Sequence record: PP496439.1
Strand: one strand, 5' to 3'
DNA: 64,000 bases
The position numbers were made by a program, and so were the translations under genes. Numbering within the stretch: the first letter of the stretch is position 1; each line of letters begins with the position of its first letter. The notes beneath the pieces were generated by a model. That model made no database searches. It saw only the letters and a program-made list of their open reading frames with translations, and was not told the origin of the DNA. Shown one piece after another: positions 55,421 through 64,000 of the stretch.

Positions 55421-55424
55421 CGCC

Positions 55425-55751
55425 ATGATAGGTAACGGACAAGCCTTCAATGTAAGTCAGGAACTTAAAGACGCTACTTCCAAGTATCTAGCTAGCCGGG
55501 GTCATGGCACGTCGCAAGACTGTGAGACTTCGTGGGGTGTGATGCGCTACGAGTTCCTCAAGGCTCAAGTAAAGTTCGAAGGGGAGGCACTAATAACGGA
55601 GATTACCCCGAATACCCGAATGCATCGGGGCGCCAACTTCTGGTACGACTTGACGATGCGTATTCCCGCAGCTCACCCCGGTGAGACGATTGATGACGCT
55701 ATTGACCTGTGGCTGGAAACGCTGCTAGGCGTCAAGCGACCGGGTAAATAG
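55425..55751 (+). CDS. Hypothetical protein (paralog of the previous gene)
   Basis: Start revised to 55425 (GGAGG SD). Confidence 0.65.
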   Translation: MIGNGQAFNVSQELKDATSKYLASRGHGTSQDCETSWGVMRYEFLKAQVKFEGEALITEITPNTRMHRGANFWYDLTMRIPAAHPGETIDDAIDLWLETLLGVKRPGK

Positions 55752-55760
55752 CCGGTGACT
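55744..55760 (+). promoter_or_regulatory. Extended GTAAATR element upstream of queE
   Basis: GTAAATAGCCGGTGACT. Confidence 0.6.
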
Positions 55761-55789
55761 AACTACGTATCTATAGGGATACCGCAAAC

Positions 55790-56761
55790 ATGAAAGATAT
55801 GCGCTATACCGAACTGTTCTATTCCCTCCAAGGTGAGGGGTTGCGCGTTGGGGTGCCTTCGGTATTCTTCCGCATGTTCGGTTGCAACTTCGAGTGCAAG
55901 GGATTCTCCAATCCTGAAATGAAAGATCCCAACGTGATCCCGGCCATCAATCTGCTGGCAATCAACGACGCCGATCTGGAACTGGGCTGTGACTCTCGTT
56001 ACAGCTGGCACAAGGACTATCGCAACCTGGCCATCAAAGCTGCTCCCCATGAGGTGGCCAACACTTTGATCGACTTCACGAAAGAGAAGCACTTGGCGGC
56101 GGTGGCTCGCTGGCCCAAGCGCAATCGAGCAGGTAATGTCGTCCGCTTGATCCCCGGACTTCCTATAGATGGAGTCCTTCAGATTGCCACGATGGCTCAT
56201 GTGCCTGACTGGGTCTTCACCGGCGGTGAACCGTTCATGCAGCAAGAGCAGCTGGAAGGTCTGCTGCGTCACGCCATGTACGTTGTGGAAGAGGAGGACG
56301 TTAACTTTGGCCTGCTTGGCCTGCCAATGCTGACTTTCGAGACCAACGCCAGTATTTCGATGAGAGACTCCATGCTGGATTGTCTCAAAGATTACAACGA
56401 TGGCTTCGGCGACGTGCACTTCTCTAACAGCCCCAAGCTGTCATTCACGGGAGAGCATCGCAACGCGGCTCTGAAGCCCTACGTTATCGAGCAACAATGC
56501 TCTATCGGGGGCTCCAGTTCGTTCAAATTCGTGGTGCGCCCTGCTCGCGAAGACTTCGATGAGCTGATGGAGTTCATGCAAGAGTATCAACCCTACATGG
56601 ATGAAGGTAGTATCGAGAACATATACGTCATGCCGGTCGGTGCCAGCCTACATCAACAGCAGGCCATCGCCACACAGGTTGCCGAGCTGGCACTGGAATA
56701 CGGCCTGTCCTACAGCCCCCGACTCCAGTGTGACCTGTGGGCCAACAAGATAGGGACGTGA
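55790..56761 (+). CDS. queE: 7-carboxy-7-deazaguanine synthase (radical SAM)
   Basis: ELFYSLQGEG...FFRMFGCNFEC...CDS, TGGEP, ETN, SPK, KFVV and SPRLQ. Confidence 0.9.
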   Translation: MKDMRYTELFYSLQGEGLRVGVPSVFFRMFGCNFECKGFSNPEMKDPNVIPAINLLAINDADLELGCDSRYSWHKDYRNLAIKAAPHEVANTLIDFTKEKHLAAVARWPKRNRAGNVVRLIPGLPIDGVLQIATMAHVPDWVFTGGEPFMQQEQLEGLLRHAMYVVEEEDVNFGLLGLPMLTFETNASISMRDSMLDCLKDYNDGFGDVHFSNSPKLSFTGEHRNAALKPYVIEQQCSIGGSSSFKFVVRPAREDFDELMEFMQEYQPYMDEGSIENIYVMPVGASLHQQQAIATQVAELALEYGLSYSPRLQCDLWANKIGT

Positions 56762-56763
56762 TC

Positions 56764-57108
56764 ATGGATTCCTTTCAAGAGTGGTTCATTTACGACGTGA
56801 TGTTTTGGGTGACGACAGGTGCCATGTTACTCGGTGCCTTGATGAGCTTACTGGTGACACTGGTACTGGTCAAGATGGACCAGCGCAGGGTAAATAAAGG
56901 TTACTGGAGTGCACCCCAAAATCGGGGTGATCCGGCCTTCCTGTGGTTCCACATAACCATGACCGTGATCTTCTTTCTCCTTGTCATCACGGACCTCATA
57001 AACGCCAGACTTTTCACTATCATCGGAACCCTTGGGTACTGCGCTATCTCTATATACGCGCTGATCCTCAGGTTCCCCACAACTACCAACAAGGACACCC
57101 CGCAATGA
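56764..57108 (+). CDS. Membrane protein (about 3 TM segments)
   Basis: Start revised to 56764. Hydrophobic segments. Confidence 0.65.
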   Translation: MDSFQEWFIYDVMFWVTTGAMLLGALMSLLVTLVLVKMDQRRVNKGYWSAPQNRGDPAFLWFHITMTVIFFLLVITDLINARLFTIIGTLGYCAISIYALILRFPTTTNKDTPQ

Positions 57109-58331
57109 CGATCAAAGACCGTAAACGCCGTGAGAAGCGCAGCAACCGCGACAGCCGACTGGTTAAGTCTGCCAAATCCCGCACCTCCAGCTGGAAGTTG
57201 CACATCAACCCCGGCACGCTGGTCAAGAGCATGCAGAACGCCCTGACCATGACCAAGAGTGAGCACGTGCTGCTGACCGTCGAGACGTCGCCGGAGGGTA
57301 ATGCCCAGATCGTCATCGTCGCCACGGGTAACGACGTGCAATTCAAGCAGGTGGTAGTTGGCACCATCGATCAGCTCGGCCCAGAGCCGGGGCTGGGGCT
57401 GGACGTCAATGTTCTTACCGGTATCGCCCGTGGCCGGAAAGAGATGTGTCTGTTTACCGAGCCAGATGACACCCGCATCCACTTCTCGTCGAAGGGCGCC
57501 AATGGCCGTGCCTACTCCGGAGATGTGTGTTCGGTCCCTGATATAGCCTTCGCCGTGGACAGCATCGCCCCGAGTAAAGACGATGTGATCCTCGATCAGA
57601 GCATCCGTACCGCGCTACAGACGGCCGTCAACCGTGTGGGACTGACCGACGTGGTGGAGGGCAAGGAACTCGACCTGTGGGTACAAGCCAACATGAAGGG
57701 CTTGACCGTGGCGTGCTTCGACACTCTGCACGTAGCAACCCTGCATTTCTCTGAACTCAAGGTTAAGCGTGACTTCAACCTTAACTTGCCGCTGTCCACG
57801 TTCACTACCATTCAAGGCCTTACCGAGAGCGGTGAGTTCACCATCGGCATTGCAGACAACACCATCACGGCGTATAGCGACGAGTTCTTCGTGAGCATGC
57901 CACTGCTGCAAGAGACGGCGCGTACCCAATCGCTGGCCGACGTGTTGAGCCTGCTGCAAACCATCACCAGCAACGGCAGTCCGGAAGCCAGCTTCACGTG
58001 TTCGGTGGAAGATCTGAACACCGCGCTAGGCTCGACCAACGCGGTCTTTGAAACGGGTGCCAAGACCCGACTGACCGTCGAGAAGAAAACCGGGGTAACG
58101 ATCAACATCAAGACCAGCTACGGTCAAGTAAATGACCAAGTGGCGAACGACAACTTCACAGGCAGCGGCGAGTTCGTAATCTCGCAACCGTTGCTGGAAG
58201 ATATCCTGCGGGTGTACAGCGACGACAAGATCACCCTCAAGCTGTATAACGATAAGCCGGCCTCGCTGCTGTCGGCCACGGGTAAGGTAAAGGACTATAC
58301 CTATACCTACATCGCACTGTTGATGGATTGA
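57105..58331 (+). CDS. dnaN: DNA sliding clamp, beta-clamp-like
   Basis: 408 aa with a repeated beta-alpha pattern of clamp size, in the replication module. Start ATG 57105 with an AAGGA SD. Confidence 0.6.
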   Translation: MTIKDRKRREKRSNRDSRLVKSAKSRTSSWKLHINPGTLVKSMQNALTMTKSEHVLLTVETSPEGNAQIVIVATGNDVQFKQVVVGTIDQLGPEPGLGLDVNVLTGIARGRKEMCLFTEPDDTRIHFSSKGANGRAYSGDVCSVPDIAFAVDSIAPSKDDVILDQSIRTALQTAVNRVGLTDVVEGKELDLWVQANMKGLTVACFDTLHVATLHFSELKVKRDFNLNLPLSTFTTIQGLTESGEFTIGIADNTITAYSDEFFVSMPLLQETARTQSLADVLSLLQTITSNGSPEASFTCSVEDLNTALGSTNAVFETGAKTRLTVEKKTGVTINIKTSYGQVNDQVANDNFTGSGEFVISQPLLEDILRVYSDDKITLKLYNDKPASLLSATGKVKDYTYTYIALLMD

Positions 58332-58720
58332 TGAAACCCTCGGACATCAAGCACATACCGTTGCATACGTTCGTCAAGGTGGGAGTGGCCGAATACCTGT
58401 TCCTGAACCGCAGCGCAGTTTCAGGTATCAAGCTGACCACCACCAAGATGGCGTTGGATGAGATTCCGAGCATCCATGTCCACGAGATTACCATGGGTAA
58501 AGACGGCATCCACGTAGGGTATCTGTTCAAGACACCCAAGCGAGTTGCCCACTCGGCGAAGTCGCTGATCTTCGCCCCCGCTATTTCCATAGATGCAGCC
58601 AAGCGGTGTGAGGCTGTGTTCCAAGAATTCTTTGTCGGCTTAGACTGCTGGGTGACTTCCGAAGGGGGTACGTTGTTCAACGCCCAGAAGTACGATGCCT
58701 CATTACTCAAACCATTATAA
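58331..58720 (+). CDS. Hypothetical protein
   Basis: TGATG overlap with the clamp stop. Confidence 0.6.
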   Translation: MKPSDIKHIPLHTFVKVGVAEYLFLNRSAVSGIKLTTTKMALDEIPSIHVHEITMGKDGIHVGYLFKTPKRVAHSAKSLIFAPAISIDAAKRCEAVFQEFFVGLDCWVTSEGGTLFNAQKYDASLLKPL

Positions 58721-58729
58721 GGGCCTACC

Positions 58730-59470
58730 ATGGCTATTGATGCACATAAGTATCCGTTGTTGGCGGCGGCTCAAGACCGACTCATCGAGTCTGGTCAGCG
58801 CTATTTTGCGAATGACAATATCCATCCGGTATTTGAATACCTGGACAACATGGCATTGCCTATGCCAGTCGGGGCTCAGACACTGGAGCAGATGAAGGAG
58901 GCTGTTCAAGAGAAGTACGGCGAGCTGCTGGAACTCCTCTTGATCGATTGGGCTGCGGATCATAACTCCGAAGGTACCCCGCGCCGTGTCGCCAAGATGC
59001 TGGTCGAGGAAACCTACAAGGGTCGCTATCAGCCGACGCCGAAGATCACCGCGTTCCCCAACGACAGCAAGCGTACCCAGATGATCGTGATCGGGCCGCT
59101 GCGCGTTGAGAGCCAGTGCAGCCATCACCATCAGAACATCCGGGGCTGGGCATGGGTCGGTGTTATGCCGTCGGAAGATGGTACACTGATCGGTCTGTCG
59201 AAGTTCAGCCGCCTACTTGATCATATCTGCCGCCGTCCTCAGATCCAAGAGGAAATGGTTGCTCAGGTGTGTCACCAGTTGAACGATCTGGTCAAGGACA
59301 ACCTCGGTGTCGCGGTCGTGATCAACGCAGAGCACCAGTGCATGGCCGTTCGGGGCGTGCAAGAGCCGTGTGCCCAAACCGTTACGTCGGAGATGCTGGG
59401 TGCGTTCCTCGAACCTGGTGTTCGTCAGGAGTTCCTGACCTACGTGCAAATGAACCCAGCCCCGTGCTAA
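58730..59470 (+). CDS. folE: GTP cyclohydrolase I
   Basis: TPRRVAKM, SQCSHHH, GLSKFSR, RRPQIQEE and AEHQCMAVRGV. Confidence 0.93.
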   Translation: MAIDAHKYPLLAAAQDRLIESGQRYFANDNIHPVFEYLDNMALPMPVGAQTLEQMKEAVQEKYGELLELLLIDWAADHNSEGTPRRVAKMLVEETYKGRYQPTPKITAFPNDSKRTQMIVIGPLRVESQCSHHHQNIRGWAWVGVMPSEDGTLIGLSKFSRLLDHICRRPQIQEEMVAQVCHQLNDLVKDNLGVAVVINAEHQCMAVRGVQEPCAQTVTSEMLGAFLEPGVRQEFLTYVQMNPAPC

Positions 59471-59479
59471 GGTGACATC

Positions 59480-60061
59480 ATGGCAGTCAAGTCCACACCA
59501 AAGAAACCGGAGAGGCCACCCAAGACGGATCGGGTAGCTCGGGGCTTCTCCGCCAAGACGGAAGATCCGTACAAGGACATTAACTACATCTCCCTCGGGA
59601 AGATCCTCAAGTCGGTGCGGATCGATCCTGCTGGAATGAAAGTGGAAATCCGCCGGATCCACAAGGACCGTAGTTCTCGAAAACTGGTCAGTATCAACGT
59701 GACAGGTGATGAGTTGTCCGCAACGGGTCGTCGGGATAACTCTCGCCGGTCCCGACTGGTGGAGATTGCCAGTGACTGCCGTGAAGCGCGCAACGAAGTG
59801 GCTAAGGCCTACGACGCCGTGCACATGCACATCGCGGTCACCTACGGCAAGACGTACTTCACGGAGTTCAAGGCCATTGCATCGCTCAACTCGGCGGTGT
59901 ACAACATGGAGAACTTCGTGAAGGCGGCGGATCTGCTGGGAACGCTGGACTCGGTTATCCAGATGGCAACCTTCGCCATTGAGGACATCGACAAGTCCGG
60001 CATGAACCTGACCATGGCATTGAAAGCGCTTGAACTGAAAGCGCGAGGGAAGGACTTCTAA
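59480..60061 (+). CDS. Hypothetical helical protein
   Basis: 193 aa with an AAGGTG SD. Confidence 0.7.
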   Translation: MAVKSTPKKPERPPKTDRVARGFSAKTEDPYKDINYISLGKILKSVRIDPAGMKVEIRRIHKDRSSRKLVSINVTGDELSATGRRDNSRRSRLVEIASDCREARNEVAKAYDAVHMHIAVTYGKTYFTEFKAIASLNSAVYNMENFVKAADLLGTLDSVIQMATFAIEDIDKSGMNLTMALKALELKARGKDF

Positions 60062-61650
60062 TGAGGCGTACTCGGCGGCGGGTGTTCAAGCCGTTCATTG
60101 AGTGCAATGCCATCTGGCTGCCGAAAAGCCAGGTGTACATGAGCACCGTGAAGCGGCTCTTCACGCTGGAGCTGGAGGACAAGCAAGTCAAGTCCAAGAA
60201 GCGTGAAGACCGGATGTACGAAGTGCAGGTGTTCCGTACGAGGAACTGGCACGGGGAAGAGATCGTCGGCCTGCCACTGGGTGACAAGAAGCGTGTGCGT
60301 CAGTGTCTGATGGACAAGCACGCGGTCAACGACGCGATAGATATGCGTCCGAAGTTCGACGATGTAAGAATCAAGGCGTGCTCAACCAGTATCGTGCTGC
60401 GGGACTACCAAGATCCCGCCGTTCGCACCTTCACGACAAAGGAAATGGTCAGCGGCGTACTGCGTGCACGCCCTCGTTCCGGCAAGACGGTGATGGGTGT
60501 CGAGATCGCCATCCGTAACCGGGTGAAGACTCTGGTGCTGGTTCACCAGTCCGATCTGCTCAAGCAGTTCAAGCGTGACACCTTCGACGCACTGACTGCT
60601 GCGGGTATGCGTTCCAAGATCTGCAAGACGTGGAAAGACTTTCGGGAAACCGATTTCTGTCTGGCCACGTATCAGTCGTTCCTGAGTCCCGGCGGCAAGA
60701 AGCTACTGCGCCGGATCGCGAACATGTTCGGCCTCGTCCTGACCGATGAGATTCACCGAGCGGCATCCAAGGAATACAACAACGTTCTCTGCCAGCTGAA
60801 CGCACTCCAGTACATCGGTCTGACCGGTACCCCGGATCGTAAAGACGGCAAGTACGACATGATCAACGTGTGCGTAGGTCCTATTCGGATCACGTGCAAG
60901 GCTCCGGCACTCAAGCCGAAAGTCCAGATGGTGTACACCGATCTTCCACAGCGGCACTTCGGCGGCAACGGCTGGACCTACATGGTCAAGTACATCGCCA
61001 CCAACAAGGCTCGCAACGAACTGATCGCAGACCATGCGGTCCGGGATATGCTGGCAGGTCATCACGTGGTTATTCCGATCACCATGATCGAACATGGCAA
61101 CCTGTTGGAAGCGCTGATCAGCAAGAAATGGGAGGCCCTTGGCAAGCAATTGCCTGTGGCTGCACGCTTCGATGGACGACTGCAAGGCAACAAGCGTGAC
61201 GCCGTGCTGGACGACATCCGAGACGGTAAATATGGTTGCACCATTGCCATGCGTTCGATGCTCACAGGCGTAAACGTTCCGCGCTGGTCTATGATCTATA
61301 CGGTCATTCCTATTGCCAACGCCCCGACGTACACTCAGGAGGTAACCCGAGTCGGTACTCCAATGGAAGGTAAGAACCGTCCAGTGGTCAAGTGCTTCCT
61401 CGATACCGAGATGACTGCGTGCGTGGCGTGCTTCCGCAAGATGTTCTTTGCGGTCCTCAACATTCGGTCTGACTTCACCGTGTCGTACGGTGTTCTCAAG
61501 TACTTTCACATGTCCGGTCGCACGATTGAGCAGGTGGCGTCAACCCCGGCGTCCAGTGCCCGTGACCCAAGCTATACCAGAAGCTCGCAGGCCATTACCC
61601 GGACAGCCACTGCTCGGGGTGGGAAGATGCGTGGCTTCGGTGGGAGATAG
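60061..61650 (+). CDS. SF2 DExH helicase (UvsW-like)
   Basis: RPRSGKT, LVLVH, TDEIHR and GLTGTPDRKDG. Confidence 0.88.
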   Translation: MRRTRRRVFKPFIECNAIWLPKSQVYMSTVKRLFTLELEDKQVKSKKREDRMYEVQVFRTRNWHGEEIVGLPLGDKKRVRQCLMDKHAVNDAIDMRPKFDDVRIKACSTSIVLRDYQDPAVRTFTTKEMVSGVLRARPRSGKTVMGVEIAIRNRVKTLVLVHQSDLLKQFKRDTFDALTAAGMRSKICKTWKDFRETDFCLATYQSFLSPGGKKLLRRIANMFGLVLTDEIHRAASKEYNNVLCQLNALQYIGLTGTPDRKDGKYDMINVCVGPIRITCKAPALKPKVQMVYTDLPQRHFGGNGWTYMVKYIATNKARNELIADHAVRDMLAGHHVVIPITMIEHGNLLEALISKKWEALGKQLPVAARFDGRLQGNKRDAVLDDIRDGKYGCTIAMRSMLTGVNVPRWSMIYTVIPIANAPTYTQEVTRVGTPMEGKNRPVVKCFLDTEMTACVACFRKMFFAVLNIRSDFTVSYGVLKYFHMSGRTIEQVASTPASSARDPSYTRSSQAITRTATARGGKMRGFGGR

Positions 61651-61652
61651 TT

Positions 61653-61916
61653 ATGCGTATGCTCGTTGTCAAAGGTTACAAGGTTGAACGTGACTTAGTG
61701 CAGGTGGGACCCGTTGGTCAAGAGTTCGGAGCTAACGACGTATACGCCTATTCGTCGGGTCATCCCGGAGATAGCAATATCGAAGCCACGATAAAGGCGG
61801 CCGTTGAGACCCTTGGCTTGACCGAAGCCGACATCATCTCGATCAGCATGGTGCCATGGCAGGTTAACGGACGTGATCGCGGCAGCAACGACTATCACAT
61901 CTTCCTTCGGGGATAA
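61653..61916 (+). CDS. Small hypothetical protein
   Basis: 87 aa with a GGGAG SD. Confidence 0.6.
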   Translation: MRMLVVKGYKVERDLVQVGPVGQEFGANDVYAYSSGHPGDSNIEATIKAAVETLGLTEADIISISMVPWQVNGRDRGSNDYHIFLRG

Positions 61917-61928
61917 GGAAAGCAGGCC

Positions 61929-62576
61929 ATGGCTGTCAATAGCAGTATGATCAAACTCCCCAAGATGGGGAGTGTCACGTTCAAGAAGATGCAAGCGGTT
62001 AACGTGCCGATCCATCGTCTGGCCCAGTCCAACATTCAGTTTAACCTGCGAGAGAACTTGCAGGAAGATGTGTTCGTTGAACGAAACAAGGCCAAGGAAG
62101 TAAAAGACATCGTTCGACACACTGCTGCGTCTCAACTCCGGGCGTGGCAGTTGTTGATGCAAGAACCCTTTGGTGAGCCGTACAGCATGTGCGTGTCCAC
62201 CTACGAGTCCGATTTCCTGCCCAAGATGGTAGCCGCCACACTGGTTGCTGCTGCCTTCGATCAGGGCGCCACCGTCAATCAGGTGGCTTGGCACACGATC
62301 ACCGGAGACGCGGTTGACTACATGCTGGTAGATCATCACGCACGGAAGAAAGACCTGAAGCTGATCGTGCTTGCCAACCTGCCAACGTCCTACGACCACA
62401 CGACCCGGATGGACAGCTCTTTGCTGAAGTATGAGAAGGTGCGGGACATCATCGAGGTGTTCCCCAATGCGGCGGTGTGCGTGGTGTCAACAGGCACCAG
62501 CCCGTCGGACCTGTTCCATAAACTTCAACTTCCTCTGGACATCGCCATCCGCCTGATGGATAAGAGACAACTATGA
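61929..62576 (+). CDS. Hypothetical protein, possibly a degenerate DnaC/IstB-like helicase loader
   Basis: Alpha/beta pattern (DLKLIVLANL) and coupled to dnaB. No Walker A. Confidence 0.35.
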   Translation: MAVNSSMIKLPKMGSVTFKKMQAVNVPIHRLAQSNIQFNLRENLQEDVFVERNKAKEVKDIVRHTAASQLRAWQLLMQEPFGEPYSMCVSTYESDFLPKMVAATLVAAAFDQGATVNQVAWHTITGDAVDYMLVDHHARKKDLKLIVLANLPTSYDHTTRMDSSLLKYEKVRDIIEVFPNAAVCVVSTGTSPSDLFHKLQLPLDIAIRLMDKRQL

Positions 62577-64000
62577 AACTGGTTAACCAACCCGCAGAAG
62601 TACGTGCAGTTGTGTCCATCTGTAAGAGCCCAACAAAGCTTCGCTACAAGCTGTTGGCTAACCTCAATGAAACTCACTTCGACTCAGACATCGCCAGCCG
62701 GGCATTCAGTCGTATCTCCACACTGGCCCGGAAGCGCGCTACACTGGTGAGCTGGGAAGACCTGTGTGAAGACCCTACGCTGCCGGACGCTACCAAGGCT
62801 GCGCTGCGGAATGCCAAAGTCAGGCCGATCAAGACCGACAAGGATATGTCCTCGCTGGTAGAGAACCTGACTTACTATCGCAAGTGCCGACTGACCTTCG
62901 AAGCAGCGCAAGCGGCCATCACCTCTTTTCAGACTGATGCGCCGAACGTAGACAACATCGTGGTAAGTCTGGCCAACGCTGTGACTGCTGCGAACACCTC
63001 CATGGCCGTGGACAGCGAACTGCTCGTCTTTGGTAAGGGTTCCAACTCCAAGGAGATGATCGACGAACTGCTGGACGGTGAAGCACCCGAGGTTATTCCG
63101 TTGGGATTCTCCGGGTTCGATGACCGCAACGGTGGCCTGTTCCCCGGCTCGCTGGTAATCGTGGCCGGTCCATCTGGTGGGGGTAAGTCGCTGACGGCTG
63201 GTCAGATGGCGATCAACTTCACGGAAGGTGGGTATTCAACCGCTATCGTGCCGTTGGAGATGACCAAGCGTGAGCAGACTGCGCGTATCGTCGCCAACCT
63301 TGCGGACATCCCGGTCAACAAGATTCTCACGGGCAAGCTGACGCTCAACGAGAAGAAAAAGATTCGCAAGGCGATGAAGGACTACGAGCGCCGCTGCAAG
63401 AAGCTCGGTTCCTCGTACGCCATCTACGAGCCGGAAGAAGACGTCACCATCGAAAACGTGTTGGGCAACCTTCGCCCGTTCGGCCATCGCGTTGTTATCA
63501 TCGACTACGTGGGTCTGCTGGATGGTGTCGACGGCGATGATTCTTGGAGACAGCTGGGTAAAGCGGCACGCTACGCCAAGATCTGGGCCAAGCAGAACAA
63601 CGTGCTGGTCATCCTGCTGGCGCAAGCGGCAGAAGATGGTACGCTGCGTTACTCCAAGGTAATGACCGACCATGCCAACAACGCCTTCGTGTGGGTGACC
63701 ACGGAAGAGATGAAGGATCACGGCATCATTCGCGTCATGCAGCCTAAGGCACGTAACCATGACCCGGCGCCGTTCTACATCAAGATGCATTGGGGCAGTA
63801 TGAAGTGCGTCGGCCTCACGGATCAGGAAGCCGAGGAACAGATGTCGGCCAGCGGGCATCGCAACGTGGTCAATACGGAACGGCGAGGTGCACGACAAGG
63901 CGGGGATAATTCCGGGAAAGCTGGACGGACCAATAACTTGCGCCGTGAACTGCAAAACCGCAGGCAGCAAATGGGCGGCGGACAGAGACGCGCCGCGTAA
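62573..64000 (+). CDS. dnaB: DnaB-like replicative helicase
   Basis: LVIVAGPSGGGKS, LEMT, IIDYVGLL and ILLAQ. The stop codon ends at 64000. Confidence 0.9.
   Translation: MKLVNQPAEVRAVVSICKSPTKLRYKLLANLNETHFDSDIASRAFSRISTLARKRATLVSWEDLCEDPTLPDATKAALRNAKVRPIKTDKDMSSLVENLTYYRKCRLTFEAAQAAITSFQTDAPNVDNIVVSLANAVTAANTSMAVDSELLVFGKGSNSKEMIDELLDGEAPEVIPLGFSGFDDRNGGLFPGSLVIVAGPSGGGKSLTAGQMAINFTEGGYSTAIVPLEMTKREQTARIVANLADIPVNKILTGKLTLNEKKKIRKAMKDYERRCKKLGSSYAIYEPEEDVTIENVLGNLRPFGHRVVIIDYVGLLDGVDGDDSWRQLGKAARYAKIWAKQNNVLVILLAQAAEDGTLRYSKVMTDHANNAFVWVTTEEMKDHGIIRVMQPKARNHDPAPFYIKMHWGSMKCVGLTDQEAEEQMSASGHRNVVNTERRGARQGGDNSGKAGRTNNLRRELQNRRQQMGGGQRRAA

Noticed and set aside
29929-58140. Intragenic GTAAATR copies (29929, 30876, 33320, 56890, ~58128)
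   Set aside because: They lie in coding sequence at about the background frequency expected, so they were not counted as promoters.
1-64000. CRISPR arrays, tRNA/rRNA genes, integrase or transposase
   Set aside because: No regularly spaced repeats, cloverleaf/T-loop signatures or recombinase motifs were seen by eye. tRNAscan was not run.

Overview
This window is a segment of a lytic jumbo myovirus genome with GC in the mid-to-upper 50s % (estimated by eye). From memory of its capsid, clamp, PolA and type IIA topoisomerase gene set it resembles PaBG/Lu11/phiRSL1/Y3-JA11-type phages; no database search was run. Layout: (i) 1-4576, minus strand: tail sheath start, major capsid, decoration and scaffold genes. 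(ii) 5560-8346: a second, divergent family-A-like polymerase next to a ~770-bp non-coding region with a skew flip and a degenerate inverted repeat. (iii) 9160-18881, minus strand: accessory and replication genes (GNAT, RNase H, SF1 helicase). (iv) 19009-64000, plus strand: an apparently inactive NAD-ligase homolog, a ~12-kb biosynthetic cluster, type IIA topoisomerase, J-domain genes, early sigma70 islands, a sigma-like gene, an SGNH protein, PolA, QueE, clamp, FolE, SF2 helicase and DnaB. The best candidate for an undescribed system is 20484-32343. It holds two QueC paralogs, four FemABX/GNAT-like proteins, a PurD-like ATP-grasp ligase, two SAM methyltransferase-like proteins and a lysine 2,3-aminomutase. 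With queE and folE elsewhere in the window, this suggests a beta-lysine/aminoacyl hypermodification pathway, possibly on a 7-deazaguanine base. All protein assignments are from motif reading only. No tRNA, rRNA or CRISPR array was seen.
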